35,614 nt of DNA from Bipalium vagum (lineage: Eukaryota). Location: contig JBBMKC010203934.1 in assembly GCA_037834085.1 (NCBI GenBank), forward strand, positions 1 through 35,614. The letters are read 5' to 3'. Shown here one piece after another: positions 12,087-26,900 of this stretch. The position numbers and the translations under genes were made by a program. The notes under the pieces were generated by a model, which ran no database searches, had not been told where the DNA came from, and saw nothing but the letters and a program-made list of their open reading frames with translations. Position 1 is the stretch's first letter; every line of letters starts with the position of its first letter.

Positions 12087-12618
12087 ATGGACACGAACAA
12101 TGGCTTGGTCTTCGTGATTCAAAATGCTTATTATCTTAAAAGAAGAATTGAAGAATTAAAAAAATTAATTGCAGTGAAAAAGAAATTTGAAACTAAACAA
12201 TTAAATCAATGGAAAGAAGAAAGAGGAATTCAAGAAGATATAGCAATTTTTCATAGACCGGTTACTAATAAATTAGAAAAAATAACTGTTAATCAACCTG
12301 ATTATAATCAAATTGTTATAGTAATAAAAGATGAAGAAACACAAAATAAAAAAATTTTAACTGATGAAGAAAAAATGTTTAATCAAAAAATTGAAAAATA
12401 TCCTAAATATGAAAATGTTATTTTTTTGAAATTTTTAATATTAATCAAGATTTAACAAATTCTCTTAAATCTATAATTAGAAAAAATTTTATGATTATGA
12501 ATAATATTAATTTTGAATTAATAAGAAATAATGATATTGAAATTTCGGATGAATTTAATCTGACAATGCCAATGTTATCAGATTTAGATGGTTGTGTGAC
12601 GGGGTTGTCAGATTAAAT
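12087..12618 (+). pseudogene. Frameshifted ORF, possibly a Polinton/Maverick-associated protein
   Basis: 122-aa ORF (12087-12455). A 1-nt shift in the T-run near 12421-12427 continues it as FEIFNINQDLTNSLKSIIRKNFMIMNNINFELIRNNDIEISDEF...LSD* (stop 12616-12618). The N-terminal ..KKKF.....EERGIQEDIAIFHRPVTNKLEKI resembles, from memory, a motif of Polinton-associated ORFs; not verified by search. Confidence 0.4.
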
Positions 12619-12924
12619 TGGTTGTATAATGGGGCATAATGTATAAAGGGACTATAAAGATGCTAGCTAATAACTGATAAAAACGTTATTAGTTTCTTTA
12701 CAACCTAACGTCAATTTTTCTTTTGGAAATTCAAATTCTTATTGCTATTATCATTACATAATATACAGAAATTGGATTTGGTTTTTAAAAAAAAAATTAA
12801 TTACATAACATTCATTTTCTTTAAACGCTTCATAGTTTTATCATATTTAAATTCATTTTCAATTGATTTAGATTTTCATTTATTTCATATGAACCGGGAG
12901 TTATTTATATTATAATAATATATA

Positions 12925-13370
12925 CCGTAAATACTCGAATATAAGTCGAGGTTTTTTTCTAAAAAAATTGATGAAAAAAATGGAATCGACTTATATAAGA
13001 GTCATAGCAAAAAACAGACATTTTTGCTGGGCCGAGCGACGAATTTTAGCCAGGCCGGTGCATCGTTCACTCGTGATATTGATCGGGAGATGATGGGCGA
13101 TAATTCGGTTAGCTAAGCAGTTTTAACCAATGTAATGATTGTTTTTATGCAATGTATCAAGTTGTGTTCATAATTGAATACTGGTTATCTATTATGTTTC
13201 GTTTTTTTCCCTAGTTTTTCTCAGCATCACAGTGCTACGCATGATAAATTTATTTCAAATTTCTCACAGCATTTTTAGCACATCGCACACAACTCGTCTA
13301 TATATAGCCCATGTCATCTGTCACAATTATGACATATATTTTTACCTCGACTTATATAAGTGTCATACGG
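12925..13370. mobile_element. Non-autonomous Tc2/pogo-type (Tc1/mariner superfamily) MITE
   Basis: TIRs CCGTAAATACTCGAATATAAGTCGAGG and CCTCGACTTATATAAGTGTCATACGG, each flanked by TA. An extra internal TIR-like copy lies at about 12987-13005. No ORF. Confidence 0.8.
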
Positions 13371-13946
13371 TAATTTTTTAAAATTTTTTGAATCTATTAA
13401 TTTTTAAATAATTCTATTAGTATTATCTTTAACATTAAAAATAGAATTAAAAGGAGAAAAACATATTAAATCCAATCCATATTTAAAATATGGATGTAAT
13501 ATTAATGGAATTTTTAATTTGAAAATAATAAATGATTTTTTACTTTTTTGTAATAAAAGATTTTGGATATTTTTGTGATAAAATATTTAGAAGTTTTAAT
13601 ATTTCTTTCATTTTTATTTTATTAAATAGTAATAGAAATAAATAAAAATTAATAAACTGAGAAAGAGGCTTTGGGTAATTTGCATAATGCGCCATTTATA
13701 CACTTCTTAATTGAAATTATATTTTATTAATTTTTTAAAATTGTTTTATTAAATTTTAAAAAAAAGTTTATTAATTTTATTAAAATGATAAATTTCCTAA
13801 TTAAGTAAAATTTTAATTTTTTTCATTTTTCTTTGGTGTAGGTGACATTTATCATATAAAATTGTAAAAATAAAAAAGTGAAAAAATTACAAAAAAATAA
13901 AAAATGAAAAGATTTTTGGTGTTGGTCTATTTATAATACGCCTATT

Positions 13947-14345
13947 TAAAACTCACGATTCATCTTCTCAAGGCAGGAAAGGACAATACTACGCACCCAG
14001 TATCCTCTTTGAGACCTATCATATAGGAAATATTCAAGGGATCTTCACTCTTATTCAAAATTTCCAAAATCCATCGAATCCGGAAGGCATTAAATGCCTT
14101 TGATGGATGTGCAAAGCATAACGGGTACATTCTTGCAGTGATAACCGCATCAACTCCTTTGACTGACTCTAGAGAAATGTGCTTTGTCGGAGGACTCAAT
14201 TGCATTGATCCAGGATATGTACTTATAAGTGCCAACCCATCTCTATTGATCAGATCAAAGATGTCCGGTCTCCATGAATATTTTCTGCGTGAATGTAGAT
14301 TTTATTCTCAGAAATTTTAAGACTCTGAATTCCTTATCAGGTTTT
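13947..14345 (+). mobile_element. Decayed reverse transcriptase fragment of a non-LTR retrotransposon (R2/R4/NeSL-like)
   Basis: Across frameshifts, in RT order: LLKAGKD..HPVSSLRPII, IGNI.GIFTLI, KALNAFDGCAKHN.YIL, PHQLL*LTLEKCALSEDSIALIQDMY, RCPVSMNIFCVNVDFIL (matches the QGCPLSP.LF motif). Contains stops and internal deletions. Confidence 0.8.
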
Positions 14346-14714
14346 TGGATTTCAAATGTCAGTAGTTTTCGATATAAAACTGAAAACAAAAGTTGAGCAA
14401 CCTTTTGCATAAATTAAGGAAAAATTATTATACTTAATTAATATTAAAATGTTCTATATAATAATAATTAAATGTAGAATTTATTTTAAAATGAACACAA
14501 GGTTTCGAAAATGAATATTTATTGCACAAATATCTTACTTAAAAATGAAATAATAGGAGTGAAATAAAGTAAAATTATTTATTGACAAATCATTAGCAAC
14601 ATACCGAAAGAATACAAAAATAATTGAATAACATGTGGACACAAATTTAATTAAAATATTTAAATACAGTAATATTAATCTATTATTTTGTATAAATGCT
14701 TTCACATAAGCACG

Positions 14715-14939
14715 TTATTTTTTTGATTTTTTGTTTCTGGGAAAATTTTTATTTTTAACTGGCCCAGAACTCCGATTGTCATCACTATTGCCTTCATCAT
14801 CCCATTGCCGGGAAGGATCAGAATCTTTATCTCGATCATTCTGCTGCCTCCCACTATGATTCATATTATAAACTATAGGTTCTATTAATGTCTTTAATTG
14901 AATTAATTCCAGCTGGTGCTGCTTGATTTCTTCGATTCT
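14715..14939 (-). CDS. Coiled-coil gene, terminal exon (RIEEIKQHQLELIQLK...NKKSKK*)
   Basis: tttag acceptor, phase 0, 75 codons ending in TAA. AATAAA lies downstream on the minus strand at 14578-14583. Confidence 0.85.
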   Translation of the reverse strand, partial: RIEEIKQHQLELIQLKTLIEPIVYNMNHSGRQQNDRDKDSDPSRQWDDEGNSDDNRSSGPVKNKNFPRNKKSKK

Positions 14940-17900
14940 CTAAATAGGAATTAAGTTCAATCTGTGTATTATAAAGTGTATAATATGTTTAAAAACTAGT
15001 GACTTAAAGTAAAGAAAAATTCTTAACATTAAATGCAAATCAGTTTTACAAATGTTTTTCATGGTTAGAAATGAAACTAAGACTTCACGGAAAACTTTTT
15101 ACAAAATGAAAAGTTCATTGATTTTAGAATCTTCTAACAGATAAAATCAAAATTAAAGCTAAGAAATTTTTTGACTATAATGACTATCTTTCATACCAAA
15201 TTTTGTTCTGATTGAATTTTCATTCCTAAAACTGTCTTTATAGTTTGCATTGATTCCGCCAGTTTTCTGGCCGTGGTTTTCACCTTTATATATATATATC
15301 AGATAAGATAAATATAAATAATAACAATAAAATACTTTGGTTAAGTCGTTCCTTGATACTATGTCTTTGGGAATGGTTTCTCGGAGACTTTCAAATTCTA
15401 TACGTAATTCTTCTTCAGCCTTAATACTAAACAATTGTAATCATACATAAAAAATAACAAAGAAGTGCTGTATTTTTATTTATTTATTTAAATTTTATAT
15501 CTATAATATTTTTAACACAGTTTAAATTATTAAATAATTTTCCAAATAAGGTTCCATTGTAATAATCTAATAAAAATAATGGGAACAATTTTTTAAGCAT
15601 AAAACCTACCGATAATTCATTTCTGTATTTATTTTTACATTGCATTCGGACTTCGACAGGATCACCAATTCCTTCAATTCATAGAGCTGAGTTACAATTA
15701 AAACCCATTAAACTTTATTTAACAACTATCACCTCCTGCTTGAGCTGCTGCTTCTGGAGCTTGAGTTGATTAATTGAAGCATCAGTGGTTCCTTGGGCAG
15801 AATAAATGTGCTCTATCTTTTCACTCAATTTTTTGTTCAGAGAAGAAACTGACTAAAAACAAATTAAAATATTTTAAAATAGCACAACACGTATGAAAAT
15901 ATTTATACTTTATAAAAATAAAGTCCTCTATATCCTTGAGTAATCAAAAATAAAGTAATCTTAAAAACATTATTCACTTTCTGGTTAAAATTTGTTTGTT
16001 AACAATATAAAGCAATTTTTTAGTAAAATTTTTTATCATTAATGATAGTCTTTTTGATGAATGATAATCAATTTTCAGAAAAAAACCTAGGTATATTTTT
16101 CAAGTAAAAGTCGGTTCAAAAGAATAAATCTTTAATTATAAAATATATTTAATGGTTTAAGGCTAGATGGCTGTTCCAAAACTTAAATTGGATATAAAGG
16201 GAAAACAGCATGACATCAATCAGGACACCAAAAAGAAATTTCTAAAGTTGATTTGAAATATTTTATAACCATTTCCAAACCTGTATTTGAATACCAAGGA
16301 ATGCATTTTTAAATATGTACATATTTTAAGAGTTGTCTTTCACTTCAACTTTCAGTCATCTTTACAATGGGACACATCGAAATAAAACCACTAATGAAGA
16401 AGCGTTACGGAAAGATGTTACATAGCTATAGTACTCGATTACACCAGCACAATGTGAGTTAGTTAGAAAAATGCCTCGAAGAGTACATGATATCATAAAA
16501 TCGAGAGAATTTGCAACAAAATATTGATAATTGAGTCACCTTTTGTATGTGGTAATTGTGAGAATCTAAAAATATCTGAGTAACATATTTAATTTTTTAA
16601 ATTTAATTTGGAATATATTGAGCTAAAAGATTTTAATAATTAAATAAAAGTTTAAATTAAATTTTTAATAAAAACAAGTATAAATTTTAAAGCTCAATCT
16701 ATTCGAATTAAATGCGAAAATTTTATATGTGAAAAGTATTAAAATTTCATTTGTTTTAATAGCAAATTGAACAAAACAGAAAACGGTTTGAATAAATAAA
16801 TTATTATGGAGAGTAACGATTTTTTAGCCACCATTAACAGTAATAAAATAATTTGTATTTTAATTTTTAAAATTCATAAAAAATAGGGGGTGAAGTTACT
16901 GAATTCGCTTATAATATATATTAATTAATAAAACTTTCTGATAATTTTAATATCTTTACAAAATTTCAATTGGTTTTTCTAAAATGACAAAATTTATATA
17001 TTATATGGTGAAATAAATGAAAAATAAAATAAAACTTGATTGATTTTCTCATCTATATCAGTTGAGTCTCTTGAACTATGAGATCTAAAATTCATGATTC
17101 GAGCATCCAAGTCACCTATCTGACGGTTGGTGGAAGCTTTATAATCCTTTAGTATATCATTAACCATGTTTTGTATCTAAATTATTGAATATTATATATA
17201 TGTAATTACTAAGATATTCTTCTTTTTAAAATTCTATGATTTCTTCTTTAAAATAATATTGTGAATTTTATTAATTATCGAAATTATAATTTTTTGCAAA
17301 GTTTTAACTTCTATTTAACCTTTACAAACACCAGTTTAGTATTTTCACAGGTCAATTTAGTATTTTAAACTTCAATTTAATTGGGCATTTTCTACAAGGT
17401 TTCTGTTTTTCTCTTAGGAATGTATTACATTCTTCCACTTTGGAACTACTTTCATCTTGATTTTTACTCATTTTCATGTTTTAAAAATGTATCTAAGTAA
17501 CTACAGTGCGCGTAAAAATTATATAAAAATACTAATTTTAATTGAAAAGAATATTTTAAACAACGAAATTTATTAAATGAACAAGTCTTAATATTGAATA
17601 GGATATCCCTTTGATTTCTTGACCAATTGCAATCTGTTGGGCATTGAGTTCACAATTTTCTGGCAAGTATTACGAGAAAGGTTTTACCATTTGTTTTGGA
17701 TCTCATTCGCTTTTCAAATGCGTCTTATAGCTCATGAAGCTTGTGGTGAAACAATAGTTGGTCTGCCTTTTCTCATCCTATCACTCACCGAACCTGTTTC
17801 GAGATATTTCTTCCAAATATATTACATGCCGCATTTTGTCACCGTCTTGTTATACTTTTCCAAGATTTGTTGACATATTTCAGTCCCAGAATTTCCATTA

Positions 17901-20900
17901 TTCCGTAATGCAACAATGCAACATCTTTGTAATTCTGTTAAATTTCTAGACATTTTATTAATCTAAAACAATAAATTTATACATCTTTTGACAAATATAA
18001 TTTAAAAATATGTTATATTTGATTGCATTATTTAAATATCTTTACAAAAAATTAATATTTAAACAACTATTTATAATTAAATTGAAATATATATCAAAAT
18101 TAGTATTTTTGATAGGGGTGAACAGACTTTTTACGCGCACTGTAATTACAAACCTAATAAAATATATACTCCGTAATATTTAAATTTTTACTTGATTAAA
18201 ATAAATTCACATTTAAGAATACTCATTAGATGTTTTAAAAAACTAATTTGATCTAATAGAAGTTAAAATCCTGCAAATAAAAATACTACTTAGATGAAGA
18301 AACAGATTTTATTAGGTGTTTCAGAAAATTTTGGACGTTTTTGTTTATATAAATTAAAATTGTAAAGAATTCAAATAATTTATTTAAAGATTATTTAATA
18401 TTACATAGCATTTAAAATCCTATATATTGCTGTCTTTAAAGTATGATCTGTTTTTCTTTTAAATTTAAATTTCACTACCTTCTCCCATTTACTTGTAAGA
18501 TGTCGGTTCACAATTTGCAACAAATTTATTTTTATGAGTTCTGACTACGTACAAGAGCAGCTGAAACTGCTCGAAAAATGAATAAAATTTTGGGCCCTGG
18601 TACTGTAAATTAGTTAACAGTACGACGTTGGTACCAGAAGTTCCGTAATGGAGACGTCTTTTGAAGATGCGGAACGAATTGGCGGAAACATTGGAATCAT
18701 TTCCAGTCAAATGAAGCAAATTGGTTAGACAGAGAAGTTGGACACGTAAATGCCACATGAACTACCCATAAAAACAAAATGAATCGCTATGAGATATGCT
18801 CAGAATTCATTTTGAGGATGAAAATAAAACAAAAAAATATTTGAGTGGAAAAAGATTCCAGAAGAGAGGTGCTAAAAAAGAAAATTTAAACAGTTCATTA
18901 CCTCTAGGTCTACCGAATTCTATCGCTTAGGAATGAAAAATCTAACAATTCGTTGGCTAAAGTGTGTAAACGCTTATGGTTTTTACTTTAATAAAAAAAC
19001 CTTTTGTTTTTGCTTACTTATGCTGTTTTAAAATAAATGTGCAAAAAACGTGAAAAACTTTCTGAACAACCTAATAAAATTTATTTACACATAGATTTTG
19101 AATGTACGGATCATAGTCAAATAACACGAAAAATAATAATAATAAATAAATGTTATTTTTTCAATGTAATAAACTGTAATATTTCTTCTAGTTCAATTAG
19201 ACTTATGCAATATAGACTTTGTGTACGCATTTCAAAGTAAGAATATGTAACTGCAATGAACACCTTTTCCTTGAAGATAACCATGATCAGATATGTAAAG
19301 CATCGTCTTCATAAAATTTGGAAAGGAAATGGTTTGGAGAGTAAGTTTCATAAAGATATAAACAATTTTTAAAATTTAGAACAATTTTCTTGAAAAAAAG
19401 CTTATAATTTTACTGAGATTAATTCAAAATAATAGTTGATTTTTCTATTTAAGTAGCCTATTTAAACACAAAATTTATCCGGATTAATAGTCAAGTTTTA
19501 AGTAAGAGCTAATTATAAGCGAATATTTTATTATCTCATTAAAAAGGATTAACAAATGGCTTTTGAGATGATTGAAAAAAGCATCTATGAACTTACATCT
19601 GCAATATCTTATTATTGAACTTCATGTGTTTCTCATTATATATAACCACCTATAATTTAAATTCAATTATTTTCAATATACATTAGGAACTATAGATTTG
19701 TTTTTACCTAGTTTTGTTTGTTAACTCTTGTATTACATTTAAAACCGGCTTAGTCTTTACTCTAAATGAGCATCAATATCTTCCTTCCAATTGTATCATC
19801 CAAACTCACCAAAATGTAGAAAATCGCTAAAATATTTTTCACGAACTAAGGAGATAAAGAAAATAGAAGTGTTTTAGGTTATTTTTTTGAGGTATTTTAA
19901 TTATCAACAAAATTTATAATGAAATGATATTTTATAAGAAAAATATTTGTTTGAATTCTTTCTGGTCCTAAAACAATGTCGTTTTTAACGATAAAATAAA
20001 GGTGTCACAATTAAGATAAAAAACTTTGTTTCATCAAAATATATGGCTGATAAGAAAATAATTGAGGGTTGCCTTAACATATATTCAAATTTGACGATAT
20101 AATTTTTGAAAACATTTATTTGAACACACCAATTTATATTCCATTTGAAAGCGCAGAAATTGTTTTCAATCTCCATGTTTTACTGTAATGTTATTTCTTA
20201 TTTTAATTATTTGTAGAAGTCATTTTAGAAAAATGCCAATGACAACCAAGTAAACCATTCGAGTTCAAATTGAGCAATAATGCTGTGGATACCACTCATA
20301 AAATCAATGAAACAATCGGTATAGAGACAGCATACGTGCACACCATCCACAACTGGTTCAAAACATTTGAGTGGAGATGAGAGGCTTGAATGTGACGGAA
20401 GTCATGGACATCCCTGACAAGTTGATAATGATTACAGTACAGTGGTATGGTTGAAATTGATTTTCTCTTTTGGTGATCAATGTAAATATCGGATGTAAGA
20501 CCATTACCTTTGTGACATTCAAGGGTCTCATCTCCACAGAGAAAACGTTCATACCAACATTGCACCACACGATTATGAACTATTCCTTGACCAAATTCTT
20601 TAATAATTTTTCGTACCCTTTCTTTGGGTTTTGTACTCGTAAAAGAAAATTTTTTCTAATTTGACTCTTCCTACGTTCCGTTTAATTGTCTAGAAAAATT
20701 ATAATTAATAATCAATAAAGATTAGTTATAAATTATAACTTATAATAAAATATACTTAATGCAGCTTAAGCTTTCGAATGGTTTCAAAATATAAGTATTA
20801 TTTAAACAACATATATCTTAAAGTCCATTAAATTAAGTGAGCTAAAAACGATATTATTTTTGTATCAGCCTAACACTACTTCAAGGTATTTGTTATATTC

Positions 20901-23900
20901 TGCTGTATTATATAAACAATATATTGTGCAGTACTGTTGTAAATTTGAAAGATATTATAGATATTGTAATACTGACAATAAAAGATTGACAGTTTTCAAT
21001 TTAATGTTGATTTGTCAAAGATAGAGGCAGAAAAAGAGATAAGGATCAACATTTTAAGAAATTAGATTTAGATATCTTAAATCAAAATCCGAACGCAGTT
21101 CAAAACGGAACTTTTTTAAAAACCTAATCATAAAATATTATTATATATTATAACGGTTCAACAAGATGAAATTATTTAACAACTTTTGTATTTACTTTTT
21201 CACTGTTTGGTTGAGATTTGTCCCCGATTCCCGAAATAATAAACTGGAGCTTTGAAGTTGTGCTGGTTAATTGTTCATCTATCTCAGCTAATCTGTTTTT
21301 GAAAGCTTTTTCTTGATTATTTCTACCACAAAATAATCACATTAAGCATTACATTTTTAATCTTAATGATAATATAATATCACAAAAATTATTATTTATC
21401 ATAATAATATTTATAATATTATTTATAAATATGATATGATTATTAATAATTCTTCTTTATGCCTATAATTTTAATAAACTCAAATTGCATTAAACAGGTA
21501 TAAATATTGTTGAAATAAAAAAAATTTAAAAAATTAATAAAAATATGACAAAGAATAAATCCAATGCAAAATTTAAAAAAATTAATTGTACTGGGTAAAA
21601 ATTATTTATTATCTTGGTATTATTTTTTATTAACGACATTATATCATTCATTTTGATAAAGGTTACTTGAATATTTGATGTTAAAATAAAGTTTTTTAAA
21701 AAAGTTTGATTCAAAAACAAAGTAAAACACATTTTCAGTTGTTAATGGTCGCCGTTAAATTGAAGTCTTAGTTTGAGGAGTTAGTTTTAAAGACAGTTTT
21801 TGATTTTTTTATCACAGAAGTTCTGCCAAATTGCGTCATGGAGGCTTCGAGCTTCATATTTCAATTCAACCACCAATATTTTTAGATATTCATCTAAGAA
21901 TTAGTGCATAATATATTTTTTTAAACAGGTTACCGGTTATATTAGGTTGGTGCAAAAATAATGTCGTTTTACAGCTATAAAAGTAAAAACGTCATAACTC
22001 AATGGATATAATATATATTTATATAATTTTTTTATTTAAAAAAATAAAACTAGAAAATCAATATTTCAACAAGTATTTTATCTAATGAATATACAAGGTT
22101 TTTCATAGATATTTATACGCGTTTAAACAAATAAAAATTAATCAATTTGTCATTGAACATGAATCATTTTTATATATTATTGTCGATAAATCATTGGAAA
22201 AAATTAATATTTTATAAATGTCTGGATAAAGAAAATAAATTCTGTTGAAAATAAATTGATTATTTTTGCATATTTTTTAAACGGGTACACATATTTATGA
22301 AATACTCTGTACGAATAATATTTTCTTTCTGCAAAATACAAATCATGAATTGAAATCTTAATTAACTAAAAATGTGACAATCAATTTGAAAAATTCAGTT
22401 AATTTGTAATTAATTTAAATTATTATTCAAAATTTAAAATATTTAGAAAATATTAATTTAGTTAATATTATTAAAAAATTAAATAAATATAATTCAATAT
22501 AATTCTAGTCAAAATATTCTAGATATTTATTACCAATAATGTTTCAAATTTTATTTTTCTGTTCAAATATTATTTTCACATAAATAATAAAAATTAAAAA
22601 GTATTATTTATAAATATTTTGCAAATATTTAAACTGAAGTGTTCAAAATTACAATAAAACCGTAAAGAAAAGTAAGTATATTTTGATCATTTTTCAATAG
22701 TAACAGAACCTTTTTATACCGATTACCTTCTGAAGTATTTAAGAATTCATCGATAGATTTGTCAGTTGATCATTATTGAAAAGAATTGTTTTAATTAATA
22801 GATATAAATGTAGTGCGTTCTATCTATACGGTTGAAAATATGTACTAAATCAAGGAATTGGATATTTTAGTCTGATGCATACACAAATGACTCCAAAGGT
22901 GTCATATATAAACAAAGAAATAAATAATCTAAAACAAACTGAATTTGTGAGGATAAATAGAAATGAAGGACAACATTTAATAATTTCAATGTGCACTTCT
23001 ATATACACTTTGAAAGTACTTGCTTAATCTTGATCCCGAAATTCAGTCAACTGAAATAAATATTTAATCAGAAAAATTTACGTTAACTGATGATCTTAAA
23101 TCTACCGAATTTACCTTTTTTTCTAAAAACTTTGATCAGAATTCAATTGTATAATGTAAATATTAAAAATATTTATAATAATATTTTATTATCAAATTTT
23201 AAATTTGATGTTATAAAAAATTGTTTATTTTAATAAAACATGACTTTCAAAGACGAATTGCTTTATATATTTTTAATTTTTCTAACATTCTTCATTATTC
23301 AAAAATTCTTAGCCCGCGCTTTCTAATCAATTCTTTATGGAATTTTATAAGTCTAAAATTTTATCACCCGAATTTTGATTTTTATAAAATAGTACAAAAA
23401 TTCACTGTTTATTACTTACAAAATATGCTTAAATATCATTAAAGTAGGGACATAACCTATTTTTATTATTTTTGTTAAATGGATACTCAAAGCATAAAAA
23501 GTTTTAATACTTAAATACTTACTATATCCAAGGTGCTATTAATGCTAGTGCCACATAAAATGTAAATTACTAATAGAAGAAAAATCACACACAAATGCTT
23601 CAGAACACGCAATGTTATTATTCAATTATTAGGGTTTTCAAATTAAATGTTCGTATTTTTATTAATATTTAATATCGTTGTTTTAATATTGTTTATATCG
23701 TTCATAATAAGCAAAATTTTAAATTCAATTAAAAATCAAAGGTCAATGTCAAGTATATATAAACAATAATTTCAAAATTTTGTATTAAATTTATTTAACG
23801 TATTTAGAAATGAATGAAAAATTTCCCAATGACGCTCATATGCTGTAAGAGTTTAAACTGGGATCAAATGCCACCAAAAATATCAAAGATTTTTATTGTG

Positions 23901-26900
23901 AAATTCTTGATGTTCGCAAATGTCCAAAATGGTTCGACCGGTTTCACGATGAGGATCTCAGTTTGGAGACAATGATGTGTTTGGATAATGATGTGTTAAA
24001 TCAAAACCGATCCTATACATACATTAAAAGAATTGTCTGTTCTATTAAACTTAGTGTTAGGAATGTCTGAATCATATAAAAGAGATAGGCAATAGGTGCA
24101 GTGTTTGGATTCCTCATGATTCAACCCTAGAACAGAAGAATAACCGACTCCAGATCTGTCACTCATTATTCATTCGATATTTTAAGGAGGCATTCTTCAA
24201 CAGGACTGTGACTAGAGATGACAAAAATCAGTAGTTATCTCCAATCCAAACCCTTGTACCAGTCTCGAAAGCAGGACTTCATCCAAAGAAAGTCTTATTA
24301 AGTATCTTCTGCGATTAAAAGGAGTACATCACTTTAATTAATGAAAATAAGTCAAACAAAAATTCCGATATTGTAAAATTTTTGACCGTTTGAGAGATGC
24401 ATTATTTGTAAAACGACCTGTATGAATCAAGAGAAACAAAATATATTTTTTTCATCACGGCGGGGCTAGGTCACATATGGGAAAATTGAAGCAGCAAAAT
24501 CTGAAAGTCTGTCAATAGAAAATAGTGCATCAGCCTCAATATAGTCTTCGGATCTGTTACGATTTTTACAACATTGCATTAGTGGCAAAAAGTTTGACAG
24601 AATTCATGATATCAAAAGTGTCCTGACTCAGGTCTTTAATAAAAAACCCAGTCCCTTGGAAGGGAAACGAAAGCGAAAGTTTGATCCAACTTTGAGAAGA
24701 ACCCGTTGATAAAATAGAGAATATATACTTGATTGATTGCGTTTTCTTATTTGTATAAAAAACTTTAAATTTTGTAATAAAAAGAACTTTCAATTTGAAC
24801 ACCCTACTATTAATAGGAACTATTGAACTAACTTTTTAAGTTAACCAAGATAATTCATTGAATTTTATTATATCAACAAGATCTATAAACAATGTCGTAA
24901 AAATATTTTTGTCTATTGTTAAAAATAAAACAAAAGTTGTCACACTAAAGTTTGTATAATTAAGAGCAGTAACATTGGTTATAATTTGTATGTAGTTTGT
25001 TTTAATTAAAAAATAGATAAAACAATAAAATGTCACAGTCGGCTGTCAAATGTCAAAGTAAAAGCGTCTTAACGCAACTGGCGTTACATAATGAGCTGAA
25101 TTTGACAAAATAATTTAAGTATTAATTTGTTTTATTGAAATAACAATTTTGTTTAATTTGACAATACAATTTTTCTGCATAGTTAATTGGTACATTGTAG
25201 TTTCTTTTTTTAATTATAAAATTACATGAACGTTTGCTCGATATGTATTGAAAGCAGGCAATACTATATTAGCTACTGACTTTTTCAGGATCAAAATTGA
25301 TTTTTTAACTTTTTTTTATTCATTAAGAAGTTCGAACAATCACGTGATTATTTGGAAAATGAATATTTAAATTTCGAAGTTTTTTCAGTATAAAAATTAA
25401 AATAACCATAGATTCTATAGGATCTATAATTTATTACGATTTCCAATGATGAATATCTCAACAACAGTGTATCGACCAGCTTAGCTCAACTTTTCTCTAG
25501 TCAAAGTCACTAATAATCAACTTTTCACTAGTCAAAGTCACTAATAATCACTTGTTTAAAGAATTTAATATAAATTTAAGAAATGGCCTCAAAAACCAGC
25601 TGCAGTGTCAGTAAACATTGATGTGATCAAAAGACTGATCAAGATTAATCGTCATGTTACTTATGATGAGATTCAGACATTATTATGTATAATTATATTG
25701 CATGAAAATTTGACGGGGAAAAATGTAATGGTTGGATCCTGCATAAATTAACGACTGATAAAAAAATGATTCGAATGAACTGGTCGAGAAAAATTAGTGA
25801 AGTTTAATTCAAATGCGTCAAAAATTGTTTATAACATTACAGGTTTTTGAATCTTAGATATATGGATATGGCCAGAAAATAAATAGCAATTGTCTATACG
25901 GGTTTTCTAAGATGACCCTAATCCAAGACAAGACGTTTGTGCCTGAAGCACTTCAGAGAATTAAATAGATTAATTCTGAATGGTTTAAAACCATTTATAT
26001 TTCAGAAGTCTATGAAAGTCTTTTTAACATGGAAATAAAATGTAACTAAGTGAACAAAGATTTTCGACACTGAAGAGTGCTATCGATGTCACCCAGACTC
26101 ATGTTTCCGACATACCTAATTTGGTGTAGGCCACATTTTAGAAAATTGGTTCACATATATGCGTAAAATGTGTCCATCATGAAGAAAAGTATTTTGAAAA
26201 AAAAGTAACAGTAATATTTTAATTTTTTAACTTTTAATAGTACATGTACAAAATGTAATTTATAAAATATAAAAAAGGTCATAGCGATGTAATTTAAATC
26301 CTAAAGTCTTTGAGTTTTCCAAATTATTATTAATTTTCGAATTTTTAAAATTTAATCCAATTAAATTTAATTATTTTGTGCAATCATTTTTTATTATTGC
26401 AAATATTTACAAATTCATTTTTAAAATCACATCAACTTTTATTTTCCTATTTATTATTATTTCTAAATATATTATTAATATTAATATATAAATGATAAAA
26501 ACATCATAAATTATCCTTCGTTATTTTTTTACCTCGTTCTGCTTTCTATTGCAATAAATTTTTTTGACTCTTGTTTGTTTTCCTCAATTTGGCGTTCTAT
26601 AATATTTAGAGCTTCATCCAACCTTTTAACAGATTCCACTAATTTTATTTTGTCATACTGAAAAAATATTAAATTATGCCAAAGATGTAGTAATATTTTG
26701 ACAATAAAATAATATAATTACATAAAATTATTTATTTTCACAAGCATTTTACAATTAAAGGCTTGTAAGATTTTCGAAAAAATGTCCTGAGTATCCTAAA
26801 CAATCGTTTTTAAAATGATAATTATAAATTCAAATTTATGGAATAATTAAATAAGTGAAATTTATTATTACAATTTTTATATTTGATTGAAATATTAAAA

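Noticed and set aside
18222-18270. Candidate extra exon of the coiled-coil gene (ttgcag acceptor)
   Set aside because: Stops in all three frames; the flanking exons already join in phase.
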